Numbered from the stretch's first letter, positions 54,079 through 64,000 are shown. The stretch is 64,000 nt of DNA from Eubacteriales bacterium (GCA_045605765.1 JAZUQQ010000057.1:49421-113420); one strand, 5' to 3'. Notes: generated from the letters alone by a model not told the origin. A program made the numbers and translations.

Positions 54079-55458
54079 TTAGCCAAGAGCCTCAATAATC
54101 TTTTCGAGTGCCATTGCGCGGCTTGCTTTGAAAAGAATAACATCTCCCTCGGCCGTATTTTCCATTACGGACGCAGCAATGTTTTTATAATCGTTATCCT
54201 CAAAAGCAAATATATTCTTCATTGCACAGTTTGATGCCGATGCCGCGATATCAAGCGCAAGCTCGCCGACTGTAAAAAGAATATCAACGCCATTTTTGAC
54301 TACCTCGGTGCCGACCTCAATATGAGCCTCGGTCGAGTAGTTTCCAAGCTCCTTCATGTCTCCGAGCACGGCTACCTTTCTCGCACCGCTTCTTTGCGCT
54401 GTAGAAGAAAGCACTTTGAGGGCCGCTTTTACAGATTCGGGCGAAGCGTTATAACAGTCTGCGATTATAGTCCTGCCGTTCGCTTTGTAAATATTCTGAC
54501 GCATTCCCGTGTTTTTGAAGTTCATAAGACCTCGGCGTATCTCAAATTCGCCCATGCCTGCGGAAATTCCTACGGCAAAGGCAAACGCCGCATTCATCAC
54601 GTTATGACGTCCAAGGGCAGGAATTGTGATACTTTCGACCTTTTCTCCGTGTATCGAGAGATCGAACGCGCATCCGTTTTCACCTTCGATAACATTCTCT
54701 ATAAAATAATCGCATTCCTTATTATTTTCTCCAACATATAAAGCTCCGTCGATGTCTTCAAGAAGAGGCTCGTCGCCGTTAAGTATCAAAATACCGTCGT
54801 GACGCATTCCCTTCCTTATCTCAAGCTTCGCGTCACGGATCCCCTCGCGCGAGCCAAGATTTTCTATATGTGACCTTCCTATATTAGTTATCACGGCAAT
54901 ATTCGGAGAGGCTATCTTTGAAAGATATTCTATTTCTCCAAAATGGTTCATTCCCATTTCAAGGACTGCCGCATCGTTTTCAGGAGAAAGTCCGAGCAGC
55001 GTCATCGGAAGTCCTATATCGTTATTGAAATTACCCTCGGTTTTAAGAGTCTTGTATTTTTCACTGAGAACGGCGTAAATGAATTCTTTGGTGGTAGTTT
55101 TTCCTATACTTCCGGTTACTGCCACAGTCAGAGGTCTGAGTTTATCCTTAAACGCTCTCGATATTCTTCCGAGTGCCTTTCTCGTATCGTCAACTACAAC
55201 GTAAGAAATCTTCGTATCCTTCGGAACACGGTCGACAAGAGCGCAGATCGCGCCATTTTCATACGCCTTTTCAAGATAATCGTGTCCGTCGAATTTTTCT
55301 CCGACGAGCGCGACAAAAAGACCGGAGTTTACTTTAACTCTCGAATCGGTGGTCACCGCTTTTATCTCGGTATTTTTATCTATATTACAGTAAAGGCTTC
55401 CGAAAGCCGTTTCTGCTATTTCGCTCAAAAGAAGAGTTCCTTTAACGTCAACTACCAT
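54079..55458 (-). CDS. murF: UDP-N-acetylmuramoyl-tripeptide--D-alanyl-D-alanine ligase
   Basis: Mur ligase P-loop GSIGKTTTKE, 459 aa, dcw context. Confidence 0.9.
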   Translation of the reverse strand: MVVDVKGTLLLSEIAETAFGSLYCNIDKNTEIKAVTTDSRVKVNSGLFVALVGEKFDGHDYLEKAYENGAICALVDRVPKDTKISYVVVDDTRKALGRISRAFKDKLRPLTVAVTGSIGKTTTKEFIYAVLSEKYKTLKTEGNFNNDIGLPMTLLGLSPENDAAVLEMGMNHFGEIEYLSKIASPNIAVITNIGRSHIENLGSREGIRDAKLEIRKGMRHDGILILNGDEPLLEDIDGALYVGENNKECDYFIENVIEGENGCAFDLSIHGEKVESITIPALGRHNVMNAAFAFAVGISAGMGEFEIRRGLMNFKNTGMRQNIYKANGRTIIADCYNASPESVKAALKVLSSTAQRSGARKVAVLGDMKELGNYSTEAHIEVGTEVVKNGVDILFTVGELALDIAASASNCAMKNIFAFEDNDYKNIAASVMENTAEGDVILFKASRAMALEKIIEALG

Positions 55459-55485
55459 AATTTTGTCCTTTCTGGGTTCAGTCGT

Positions 55486-56970
55486 TTAAAAAGAATACTT
55501 ATCTCCGTATCTCTTTTTTACCGCCTTAAAGACCTCACCCTTTTCATCAAAGGGGTGTTTTCCGTCTTTGGTTATTTCATAATTTTCATGACCCTTGCCT
55601 GCAACGAGAATTATTTCTCCGTCCAGTGCATTTTCTATCGCATAAGCTATCGCGTCACGGCGAGAGCATATGACCTTGAAATTATCCTTACTTATTCCTG
55701 CGAGTATCTCGTTTATTATATCCATCGGCTCTTCACTTCGTGAATTATCGCTGGTTATAATGGCAAAGTCGGCAAGCCCGGTAGCTATTCTTCCCATTAT
55801 CGGACGCTTAGTGCGATCTCTGTCGCCTCCGCATCCGAATAGTACCGTAAGCTTCTGAGACTCTTTTTTACTGTTGATAAGAGTAGTAAGTATATTTTCA
55901 ATAGCATCGGGAGAATGAGCGTAGTCCGAAAATACAGAAAAAGGCATATCCTCGGGTGTGAGTCTTTCGATTCTGCCCGGAACTCCCGCAAAATTCTTTA
56001 TTGACTTAACCACCGTACTATCATCTATTCCGAGAAGAATTGCAGCGGCAGCTGCTCCCATCGTATTATACACGCTGAATTTACCCGCCATTGAGCTGAC
56101 AATATCAAGCTCTTTATCCAAAAGAGTTACGAGCTTATAGTTTATTCCTTTAACAGACGAGAAATCCGCGTTATCCGCTTTAAAATCGCTATCGTTATCC
56201 ATACCAAAGGTATAGCTCTTACAAATATTTTTCTTCGAAGAAACGAGGGTATATTCATTATCGGCGCAAAAAAGACCGATTTTTGAATTCTCAAAAAGCT
56301 TTTCCTTTGTCCTCGCATAATCGTCCATATCGCCATGAAAATCGAGATGCTCGGGGGTGAGATTTGTATATATTCCGAGCTCGAATTTAAGCGGAGCTAC
56401 TCTTCCTAGTGCAATAGAATGCGAGGATACTTCCATAAACAGATACTCGACGCCTTCGTCACGCATCTGAGCAAACATCTCGTAAAGATCTTCGGGAACG
56501 GGAGTAGTCATCGACGCCTCGTGGACCTTACCGCACCACATATTCTTGACCGTTCCGAGAAGACCAGTGCGGTATCCCGCGTCAGAAAATATTTTTTCGA
56601 GTATAAAGACTGTACTCGTTTTTCCGTTAGTTCCGGTAACGCCTATTATTTTCATATCTCTTTCGGGATTTCCGAAGGCGTTTGAAAAGATATACGAGGA
56701 GGCAAGACGCGTATTATCGACGACAACGCAAGGTATCGGGCAATTTTCGGGGATATATTCCACGATGGCACAGACCGCTCCCTTTTCTGCCGCATCGGCA
56801 ATAAAGCTATGTCCGTCAAATCTCGTTCCCGCAACCGCAACGAATGCGAAATTTCTATCTATTTTAGAGCTATTTGCCGTAACTCCGCTGATCTCGATAT
56901 CTGTGGCATTTCCCATATCGAGAACGTTTGCTCCGCAGAGAAGATCTTTTATCTTCATATTTACGTACAT
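55486..56970 (-). CDS. murE: UDP-N-acetylmuramoyl-L-alanyl-D-glutamate--2,6-diaminopimelate (or L-lysine) ligase
   Basis: GVTGTNGKTST P-loop, 494 aa, AAGGAGG RBS. Confidence 0.9.
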   Translation of the reverse strand: MYVNMKIKDLLCGANVLDMGNATDIEISGVTANSSKIDRNFAFVAVAGTRFDGHSFIADAAEKGAVCAIVEYIPENCPIPCVVVDNTRLASSYIFSNAFGNPERDMKIIGVTGTNGKTSTVFILEKIFSDAGYRTGLLGTVKNMWCGKVHEASMTTPVPEDLYEMFAQMRDEGVEYLFMEVSSHSIALGRVAPLKFELGIYTNLTPEHLDFHGDMDDYARTKEKLFENSKIGLFCADNEYTLVSSKKNICKSYTFGMDNDSDFKADNADFSSVKGINYKLVTLLDKELDIVSSMAGKFSVYNTMGAAAAAILLGIDDSTVVKSIKNFAGVPGRIERLTPEDMPFSVFSDYAHSPDAIENILTTLINSKKESQKLTVLFGCGGDRDRTKRPIMGRIATGLADFAIITSDNSRSEEPMDIINEILAGISKDNFKVICSRRDAIAYAIENALDGEIILVAGKGHENYEITKDGKHPFDEKGEVFKAVKKRYGDKYSF

Positions 56971-56994
56971 CTTTTACCTCCTTAAAATGACTTT

Positions 56995-59262
56995 TTAATC
57001 GGTACTGTCCATGTGCTGACACCGTATGGTAATAACGGCGCCCTGTTGGATACGGGTTCCAGCCTCGTGGCTTTGCGACATAACTATCGCGCCCACACCC
57101 TCATCATAGTTAGTAGCACCTTCAATAAGAACGTTTAGTCCGAGGGACGCGAGTTGTTTTATCGCATTTGCCGCTGTCTGATCCACCATATTCGGAACGG
57201 TTACATATCTGGTTTCGGTCGATCCGCCCGTATAGAGTATTATCTTTCCGTTTATCTTGGTTATCTTCGTTCCCGATGCAGGAATCTGATTGGTTACCGT
57301 ATCTCCGTCTCCTATTATTTCATAAGAAAGACCGAGTTTTCTGATAGCTGCCGTCGCACTACTAAGCGAAGTTCCTTTATAATTGCTGACACTTATAGCC
57401 ATTCTGTTCATTTCTTCACTGCTATAATTTCGTTCTACTCCCAGATAAGGAAGAAGCTCGGAAAGAAGCATCGATACGTAAGGTGCGGCAACGGTTCCGC
57501 CGTATTTATTCCTGGTACCAGGTTCATCAACCATAAGAAGTACAACTATTTCGGGATCGTCAGCAGGCGCGATAGCGATACAAGAACCGACTCGGTAGTC
57601 CTTTTTACCTGTTTCGGGGTTGACCTTATCTCTCTTCTCCGAAGTTCCTGTCTTTCCTGCTATCTTATATCCCGCAACGTATGCATTTTTAGCAGCCCCG
57701 CCTCCCGATACGCCTTGTTCGAGAACATTGAGAAGAAGCTCACAGGTGTGGGAGCTGAGCACCTTTTTCTTAGTGGTTACCTCGTGCTTTACGACCTCGT
57801 TTCCATTTGAGTCGATAAGCGCACTTACGACGTACGGCTCAACGACGTATCCTCCGTTTGCAACCACAGAAAGAGCAGTTACGTGTTGGAGAGGTGTAGT
57901 CTTAAAGGTCTGACCGAAGCTGTAGCAAGCAAGCTCGACCTCGTTAAATCCCGACTGTGCAACATAAAGTCCGCGGGATTCACCGGGAAGGTCTATTCCA
58001 GTCGTTGAAGTGTATCCGTAATTTGAAAAATACTGATAATATTTCGTTTTTCCAAGCTTTGCCGCAACCTGCATCATAGCAGGGTTACAGGAAGCTTGAA
58101 GCAGTTTCGCGAACGTCTTGGTTCCGTGTCCGTATCTATTATGACAATGAATTATCGTACCGTCCGAGAATTTAAGGCTTCCTCTACACGACATAGTGTC
58201 GTTAAAGCTTATGACGCCCTCTTCGAGCGCGGCGGCGGTGGACATCACCTTCATAGTCGATCCGGGCTCGTAAAGATAGCTCACCGATCTGTTATTCCAC
58301 ATCGAATATATCTGCGTCCAGAGCGCCTCGTTATATTCACTCGTGCCGTTTTCGTATCCCGAAGCCGCAAGCTTATCGGCAAAAAGCGTATCACCAAGAC
58401 TGTACGGGGAATTAAGATTAAAGCTCGGATACTGTCCCATAGCAAGTACAGCGCCGGTTTTGACGTTCATAACAAGTCCGATAGACGGTTCTCCGCCTTT
58501 ACCGTTGTTGAAAGCGTCTTCGAGCTGCTTTTCGAGCATTCTCTGTATATTAACATCGATGGTGAGGACCGCACTGAGTCCGTCCTCGGCATCAACGTAA
58601 TAGTCGTAATCATCGGGCATTTCAGCACTTTGCGCGTTTCTCGTTACGATATATCTGCCGGGTGTTCCTTCGAGATAGCTGTTATAGCTGTACTCGATAC
58701 CGAGCAGACCCTTATCCGTACCCATAACGCCTACTACGTTTGCCGCGAGACCACCGTAAGGATAATATCTTACCGGAGTTGCTTGGAGGTATATCTTTCT
58801 CGAAAGTCCGTATTTCGAGATGAACGCCCTTACCTTTTCGGCAAGCTCCTCGTCCGCTTTACGCTTGATAGTTTCGTCCTTGCTTCCCTTTCTGAGAGCT
58901 CTTTTATATACGGTATCGCGGTCAACTCCAATGATCTCCGAAAGACCGTCGGCTATAAGTGCCGCGGTCTCCTCGGCACCTCCCGCGCTCGATCCGCTCT
59001 GTATAGCGACCGGATCTATAAAAATTCGGTATGTAGTTACGTTTATTGCAAGCGGGGTCATATTTGAGTCGTATATCATTCCCCTGTCTGCACTGATCGT
59101 ATATTCCTGCTGAATATTGTTTATAAGCTTATTCTGATAATATTGGTATTCATTAACCTGCATCGAAAAAAGCTTTATCGAAACGCAGACCGCACATATA
59201 AACATTACTATAAATAGAACGGTTCCTCTATGTGATATTCTGCGAAGGCGTTCCTTTTCCAT
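56995..59262 (-). CDS. class B penicillin-binding protein (FtsI/PBP2B/SpoVD type) with two PASTA domains
   Basis: Transpeptidase motifs STMK, SCN (..ASCNPAM..) and KTGT, with two C-terminal PASTA-like repeats. The start is set at MEKERLRR (AGGAGAG RBS). The track ORF extends to 59376. Confidence 0.9.
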   Translation of the reverse strand: MEKERLRRISHRGTVLFIVMFICAVCVSIKLFSMQVNEYQYYQNKLINNIQQEYTISADRGMIYDSNMTPLAINVTTYRIFIDPVAIQSGSSAGGAEETAALIADGLSEIIGVDRDTVYKRALRKGSKDETIKRKADEELAEKVRAFISKYGLSRKIYLQATPVRYYPYGGLAANVVGVMGTDKGLLGIEYSYNSYLEGTPGRYIVTRNAQSAEMPDDYDYYVDAEDGLSAVLTIDVNIQRMLEKQLEDAFNNGKGGEPSIGLVMNVKTGAVLAMGQYPSFNLNSPYSLGDTLFADKLAASGYENGTSEYNEALWTQIYSMWNNRSVSYLYEPGSTMKVMSTAAALEEGVISFNDTMSCRGSLKFSDGTIIHCHNRYGHGTKTFAKLLQASCNPAMMQVAAKLGKTKYYQYFSNYGYTSTTGIDLPGESRGLYVAQSGFNEVELACYSFGQTFKTTPLQHVTALSVVANGGYVVEPYVVSALIDSNGNEVVKHEVTTKKKVLSSHTCELLLNVLEQGVSGGGAAKNAYVAGYKIAGKTGTSEKRDKVNPETGKKDYRVGSCIAIAPADDPEIVVLLMVDEPGTRNKYGGTVAAPYVSMLLSELLPYLGVERNYSSEEMNRMAISVSNYKGTSLSSATAAIRKLGLSYEIIGDGDTVTNQIPASGTKITKINGKIILYTGGSTETRYVTVPNMVDQTAANAIKQLASLGLNVLIEGATNYDEGVGAIVMSQSHEAGTRIQQGAVITIRCQHMDSTD

Positions 59263-59393
59263 CTGATCTCTCCTGATATTTTTGCGCCGAAAAAGTCGGA
59301 AATTCCCGAATTTTTGGCAGTTAATTTCTCTAAAAAACAGCAATTTGAGAGCAAAGCCGTTCAGCCTCACTCTCAAAAAGTTTATACTTCATT

Positions 59394-60077
59394 TTATTCG
59401 ACACCGGTCAAAGTATTCCATGCGTGAAGGATGTTCTCGCCAAGAGCAGACATGACTATCGATGCAAGGCTCTTATGCGAATCGTCCTCAGTTTCATAAA
59501 CCTCAATTATATCCTGCGAGGTGATTTCGACATACTCGCCCTGACCGTCTTTATCACTTATCATTCCATGAGTTTTTGCATATTCTTCTACGTTTTTGTT
59601 TTTTACAACGAGTTCTGTCTCACACTGTTCAAGATCTGCTTCGAGACTCTTGATAGTATTTTGCATATTTGCTATTCCCTTGGAGTACTCGTTAATAAGA
59701 ACGTACTGATTTACTATAAGGAAAGCAAGTGCAAAAACCGACACGAAAACCATTACCGCTCTTATGGGAAACTTACTTTTCTTCTTTTCGAGCACATTAT
59801 CGGTAGCAAATATGTTTTTTCTGACTTCGGTGGGTTTCGTGATCTCACGCTTTTTGTTGCCCGTTATCGATACTACGGACATTTCATCATTAAAGTCAGC
59901 GAGTGCGAGCTCTTTGCTTTCGATCTGCTTGTCCGTAGATTCGATCTCACACTTTTCCTTTATTTCTCCTTCACTGCTTCTCTTGCGGCGGGTGATGAAA
60001 TCATCCGTAACAGGAGTGTTATTTTTTTCGGTAGTATTCGATTGTTTCTCAAATCCGAATTCATCAAACGACTTCAT
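59394..60077 (-). CDS. ftsL: FtsL/DivIC-like septal protein with long N-terminal cytoplasmic region
   Basis: A single TM followed by a coiled coil (NEYSKGIANMQNTIKSLEADLEQCETEL). It sits between rsmH and the pbp gene. Confidence 0.7.
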   Translation of the reverse strand: MKSFDEFGFEKQSNTTEKNNTPVTDDFITRRKRSSEGEIKEKCEIESTDKQIESKELALADFNDEMSVVSITGNKKREITKPTEVRKNIFATDNVLEKKKSKFPIRAVMVFVSVFALAFLIVNQYVLINEYSKGIANMQNTIKSLEADLEQCETELVVKNKNVEEYAKTHGMISDKDGQGEYVEITSQDIIEVYETEDDSHKSLASIVMSALGENILHAWNTLTGVE

Positions 60078-60143
60078 CTTATAAACCGCGCCTTAATATG
60101 TAAAGGCAATCCTTTCAAATAATATCTGTAATTTTCTAAGTTA

Positions 60144-61100
60144 TTAAAGCTTTTCTGCCGCTCTCAGCTTAGCACTGTGAGAACGGTTATTTATTTCGAG
60201 CTCCTGACTGCTCGGAAGCAGAGGCTTTCTGCTAAGCGGTCTTATCGTCGGTTTTTTACCGCACACACACACCGGAAACGCCGGTGGACAGGTACATCCG
60301 CTCGAAAGCTCTGAGAAGGTCTGCTTTACTATCCTGTCTTCGAGCGAATGAAAGGTAAGTACCGCTATCCTACCTTCTTTATTAAGAAGCTCACAGAGCA
60401 CTCTGAGCGTGGGAGCTATTATATCAAGCTCATTATTCACCGCTATTCTGAGCGCCTGGAAGGTCCTCTTGGCAGGGTGTCCTGCATCTCTTTGGGCCGC
60501 CATCGGAACTGCACGCCTTATTATTTCGACGAGCTTGTCCGTAGTTTCTATAGGAGATATTTCTCTTTCCTTTACAATTTCGGAAGCGATTCGCGGAGCA
60601 AATCTCTCTTCTCCGTATTCGTAAATAATCTTTTTTATTTCAGACTCTGAAAATCCGTTTACTATATCGTAAGCGGTTAGCTTGTCCCTGTTGTCCATTC
60701 TCATATCGAGTCTGCCTGAAAATCTGTAAGAGAAGCCTCTATCGGGAGAATCAAACTGATGAGATGACGCCCCAAGATCTATGAGTGCTCCGTCTATCTT
60801 CTCTATGCCGAGTTCTCTTACAACCTCTCCGACTTCTGAGAAATTGCTTCTTATTATAGTAACGACATCCGAGTAAGGAGCCAGTCTCTTACTTGCCGCC
60901 GCTATTGCTTCTTCATCACGGTCAAGACAGATGAGTCTGCCTTTTCCGCTTTCCAGTTTTTCGGCTATCTTGATACTGTGCCCTGCACCGCCTGTTGTAC
61001 AATCAACGTACACTCCGTCGGGCTTTATATCCAGCGCATCTATACACTCACTGAGCATAACCGAAAAATGAGAGAATTGTTGACAAATTTCGTTACTCAT
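60144..61100 (-). CDS. rsmH: 16S rRNA (cytosine1402-N4)-methyltransferase
   Basis: DCTTGGAGHS SAM motif, 318 aa, dcw context. Confidence 0.93.
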   Translation of the reverse strand: MSNEICQQFSHFSVMLSECIDALDIKPDGVYVDCTTGGAGHSIKIAEKLESGKGRLICLDRDEEAIAAASKRLAPYSDVVTIIRSNFSEVGEVVRELGIEKIDGALIDLGASSHQFDSPDRGFSYRFSGRLDMRMDNRDKLTAYDIVNGFSESEIKKIIYEYGEERFAPRIASEIVKEREISPIETTDKLVEIIRRAVPMAAQRDAGHPAKRTFQALRIAVNNELDIIAPTLRVLCELLNKEGRIAVLTFHSLEDRIVKQTFSELSSGCTCPPAFPVCVCGKKPTIRPLSRKPLLPSSQELEINNRSHSAKLRAAEKL

Positions 61101-61129
61101 GTTAAAATAAATTCCCTTATCCGATACGC

Positions 61130-61546
61130 TTAGAGGTTGTTCTTGGAAAGCATATCTCTTATACTCTCGTTTGTGACCTCAACCTCGCTTCCGAGGTATT
61201 CCTCTTCGCTCCATATTTCAGCATAGTCACCTGCGCCGAGCGTAACGATGTTCTTTTCAAGCCCTGCATATTCGCACAGGTGCTGAGGTATCGCTATTCT
61301 TCCCTGCGAATCTATCTCAGCAAGCTTCGAGTTTGCATACAGCCATCTGCGAAGCACTCTGAGCTCTTCGGAAGGAAGCGCCTTTATCTTCTCATCGAGT
61401 GCCTTCCATGCGGAAATGGAAAATACCTTGATGCACTTATCGGTGGATCTAGATATGACCACCTGTGTACCGAGGAAAGATCTGTACTCAGACGGAAGTA
61501 TTATTCTCTTTTTGGAATCTATGGTATGTTTGTGGATACCAAGCAT
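61130..61546 (-). CDS. mraZ: division/cell wall cluster transcriptional regulator MraZ
   Basis: Two SpoVT/AbrB-like repeats (DSKKRIILP, DSQGRIAIP). The start at MLGIHKHTID was chosen by homology. Alternative upstream starts extend up to 61588. Confidence 0.88.
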   Translation of the reverse strand: MLGIHKHTIDSKKRIILPSEYRSFLGTQVVISRSTDKCIKVFSISAWKALDEKIKALPSEELRVLRRWLYANSKLAEIDSQGRIAIPQHLCEYAGLEKNIVTLGAGDYAEIWSEEEYLGSEVEVTNESIRDMLSKNNL

Positions 61547-61615
61547 ACTCTGAAACAGTTCTAATTCTTCCATTCCGAGCCATTTCACTCCCTTTTACTC
61601 CATTTCGTTACACTC

Positions 61616-61644
61616 ATTATAAGATGTAAACCACCTGCTGTCAA
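61616..61644 (-). promoter_or_regulatory. perfect consensus sigma-A promoter of the dcw cluster
   Basis: The minus strand reads TTGACA-17 nt-TATAAT. Confidence 0.8.
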
Positions 61645-62184
61645 GGCGATTGAAAAGCTTTCGTACGAGGATTTTCCACTTTTTCAAAAAAATTACGAAA
61701 CATAAAAACATTTTTTTACATTGTTCTTCGGCATACTGAAAATTTGTTCGCTTTTACCATTATATTCCACCAAAAGATCGTTTATTCACATAAAACCGCC
61801 GTTTACCACCCGAAAAAACCATCACCCGACCGAATATTCTGATGAGTTTTGACATCCTTAAAATATGCTTTATAGTATAATAAAGTATGAAAATTCCATT
61901 GTTCAATACATTTGTATACACTTAAAATATGCCCTTTAAAAGTTCTTTTTCCTTTAGTACTCAGACGCCCTTTCTCTCCATCTTGCTTTAACCGCTTTTA
62001 ACGTAGCAAGTCTCTTATTGTGGTTATTTTGTTATAAAAATCTTATTTTTGTATAGTGTTTTTAAGCGGATATACAGAAAATGGTGTTTTTACAGGAAAT
62101 TTGCGGAAAAGTCTTGATAATTTCTGCTTTTTGTGATAATATTAGTATCGATAAAAAATAAATTTTATTTGAGAGGTGCATTTT

Positions 62185-63483
62185 ATGTCAATGTATAACA
62201 AAAAGACTATCGAAGATATCGATGTCAAAGGCAAAAAGGTTCTCGTAAGATGTGATTTCAACGTTCCTATGAAGGACGGCGTTATCACCGATACCAAGCG
62301 TATCGTAGGTGCTATTCCCACCATCAAGTATCTCGTTGACGCAGGCGCAGCAGTTATTCTCTGCTCTCATATGGGTCGTCCTCACAACATTTTCAACGAA
62401 ACTCTCAAGCTTGATAAAAAGGAAGCAAAGAAAATCGCTGCTCTTCCCGAGGCTGAGCAGGCAGGTGCTACCGCAGCCGCTCTTGAGAAGGCAAAAGGCG
62501 ACGTAGTTAAGTTCTCTCTTAAACCCGTTGCAGAAAAACTTGCTGAGCTTCTCGGACAGAATGTTATCATGGCAAGCGATGTTATCGGTTCTGACGCAAA
62601 GGCTAAGGCTGCTGCTCTTAAAAGCGGTGAGATCCTTATCATCGAAAACGTTCGTTTCCATCAAGAAGAGGAAAAGAACGATCCTGCTTTCGCCAAGGAA
62701 CTCGCTTCTATGGCAGAGATCTACGTAAACGATGCATTCGGTACTGCGCACCGCGCTCACGCTTCGACCGCAGGCGTTGCAGACTACCTTCCCGCAGTTT
62801 GCGGCTACCTCATTCAGAAAGAAATTTCGGTTATGGGTCAGGCTCTTGAAGATCCCAAGCGTCCCTTCATCGCTATTCTCGGAGGCGCAAAGGTATCCGA
62901 CAAGATCGGCGTTATTAATAATCTTATTGAAAAGGTAGATACCCTTATCATCGGTGGCGGAATGGCTTACACCTTCTTTAAGGCAAACGGTCTCGACATC
63001 GGTACTTCTATATGCGAAAACGACAAGCTCGATCTCGCAAAGGAGCTTATGGCAAAGGCAGAGGCTAAGGGCGTTAACTTCCTTCTCCCGCTTGATAACA
63101 TTGTGGGTAAAGAGTACGACGAAAACACCCAGTTTGCAGTAGTTGATTCCGACAAGATTCCCGCAGACTGGATGGGTCTTGACGTCGGTGAAAAGACTCG
63201 TGAGCTTTTTGCAAGCTACATCAAGGACGCAGGCACTGTAATCTGGAACGGACCTATGGGAGTTTCCGAGTGGGAAAACTTCGCAGGCGGTACCAGAGCT
63301 GTTGCCAAGGCTATCGCTGAAAGCAACGCTATCTCGATCATCGGAGGCGGCGACTCGGCGGCAGCAGTTGAAAATCTCGGTTACGCAGACCGTATGACTC
63401 ACGTTTCGACGGGAGGCGGCGCATCGCTCGAATTCCTTGAAGGACTCGAACTCCCCGGAATTGCAGCTCTCAACGACAAATAA
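62185..63483 (+). CDS. pgk: phosphoglycerate kinase (with ~36-aa insertion in the N-domain)
   Basis: [10 protein letters not shown], ..[12 protein letters not shown].., [11 protein letters not shown] at 62185 with GAGAGG RBS. Confidence 0.93.
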   Translation: MSMYNKKTIEDIDVKGKKVLVRCDFNVPMKDGVITDTKRIVGAIPTIKYLVDAGAAVILCSHMGRPHNIFNETLKLDKKEAKKIAALPEAEQAGATAAALEKAKGDVVKFSLKPVAEKLAELLGQNVIMASDVIGSDAKAKAAALKSGEILIIENVRFHQEEEKNDPAFAKELASMAEIYVNDAFGTAHRAHASTAGVADYLPAVCGYLIQKEISVMGQALEDPKRPFIAILGGAKVSDKIGVINNLIEKVDTLIIGGGMAYTFFKANGLDIGTSICENDKLDLAKELMAKAEAKGVNFLLPLDNIVGKEYDENTQFAVVDSDKIPADWMGLDVGEKTRELFASYIKDAGTVIWNGPMGVSEWENFAGGTRAVAKAIAESNAISIIGGGDSAAAVENLGYADRMTHVSTGGGASLEFLEGLELPGIAALNDK

Positions 63484-63551
63484 TTAAAATATAAATTTAT
63501 AATTTATATACAGCAAAATACTTTTCTAAAACCAAGGATGGATAATTAAAA

Positions 63552-64000
63552 ATGGGATCTAAAAGAAGAATGGTCATCGCAGGCAACTGGAAAATGAATA
63601 TGACCCCCTCGGAAGCAAAAAACTTCGTAGGTACGCTTTACGAAAAAGTTAAAAACAACCGCGGATGCGACATTGTAGTATGCGTTCCCGCAATCGATCT
63701 CCCCATAGTTGCAAAGCTATGCGCAGGAACTGCCGTTAAGGTCGGCGGACAGAATGTACACTTCGCAAAGAGCGGCGCATACACCGGAGAAATTTCGGCT
63801 GATATGCTCGTAGATGCAGGAGCAAAGTACGTTATCATCGGTCACAGTGAGCGCAGACAGTATTTCGGAGAGACCGATGAGACTGTAAACCTTCGCACCA
63901 AGGCTGCTCTTGAAGCAGGTCTTACCGCGATCGTATGCGTTGGAGAGTGCCTCGCCGAACGCGAGCAGGGTATCACCGAAGAAGTAGTTGCACGTCAGAC
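63552..64000 (+). CDS. tpiA: triosephosphate isomerase, 3' end outside window
   Basis: The frame is open from ATG 63552 to the window end: MGSKRRMVIAGNWKMN...IIGHSERR. It is absent from the ORF track because no stop lies in the window. Confidence 0.9.
   Translation, partial: MGSKRRMVIAGNWKMNMTPSEAKNFVGTLYEKVKNNRGCDIVVCVPAIDLPIVAKLCAGTAVKVGGQNVHFAKSGAYTGEISADMLVDAGAKYVIIGHSERRQYFGETDETVNLRTKAALEAGLTAIVCVGECLAEREQGITEEVVARQ

Noticed and set aside
59263-59376. N-terminal 38-aa extension of the PBP ORF
   Set aside because: No RBS is present. The internal ATG at 59262 is preceded by AGGAGAG and gives the usual short cytoplasmic tail plus TM.
61645-61830. MraZ-box direct repeats upstream of the dcw promoter
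   Set aside because: Only scattered GTGG-containing words were found (AAAGTGGAAAA, TTGGTGGAAT, CGGGTGGTAA, CGGGTGATGG) with irregular spacing. A regularly phased repeat array as described for MraZ operators could not be supported by eye.
62188-63402. 404-aa ORF antisense to pgk
   Set aside because: pgk on the + strand is unambiguous. The antisense frame is open only because the sense codon usage avoids TTA/CTA/TCA. There is no RBS and no protein-like motifs.

Overview
This is a chromosomal window from a spore-forming Firmicute that looks like a Clostridia member. The evidence is sigG, SpoVD/SpoVE-type division genes, a T-box leader and many near-consensus sigma-A promoters.

Most of the window is housekeeping:
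- nrdD (5' partial) and trxB
- pheST behind a Phe T-box
- a U32 peptidase, yhaM, an orphan sugar-ABC ATPase, an rsuA-like gene, yajC, zupT and an ldhA-like gene
- tRNA-Thr(GGU) and tRNA-Leu(CAA)
- asnA, galM, an htrA-like protease and sigG
- a full dcw cluster on the minus strand (mraZ-rsmH-ftsL-pbp-murE-murF-mraY-ftsW-murG-ftsQ-ftsZ, with no ftsA or murD)
- pgk and tpiA (3' partial)

The poorly understood parts are:
1. 32.2-46.5 kb: a translationally coupled MoxR-DUF58-double-VWA (Bat-like) operon that runs directly into four paralogous surface (lipo)proteins. These share a repeated module and His/Asp/Cys motifs.
2. 46.5-48.1 kb: a consensus promoter with a palindromic operator, an attenuator-type leader and a small Cys-rich ORF. 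These are followed by about 400 nt of hairpin-dense untranslated sequence carrying a TGATAT hexamer array, which abuts a frameshifted CarD-like gene.
3. 8.6-9.8 kb: a membrane-anchored, apparently catalytically dead IS630-like transposase derivative.
4. Several unusual fusions: NrdD-glutaredoxin next to trxB, a lipoprotein version of trigger factor, guanylate kinase fused to a ParB/Srx-like domain, and D-LDH with a Cys tail next to zupT.

No CRISPR array, rRNA, intact mobile element or recognisable defence system was seen. All calls come from reading the sequence and the ORF translations by eye. No database, HMM or folding computation was run. Promoter and RNA coordinates were hand-counted and may be off by about 2 nt.
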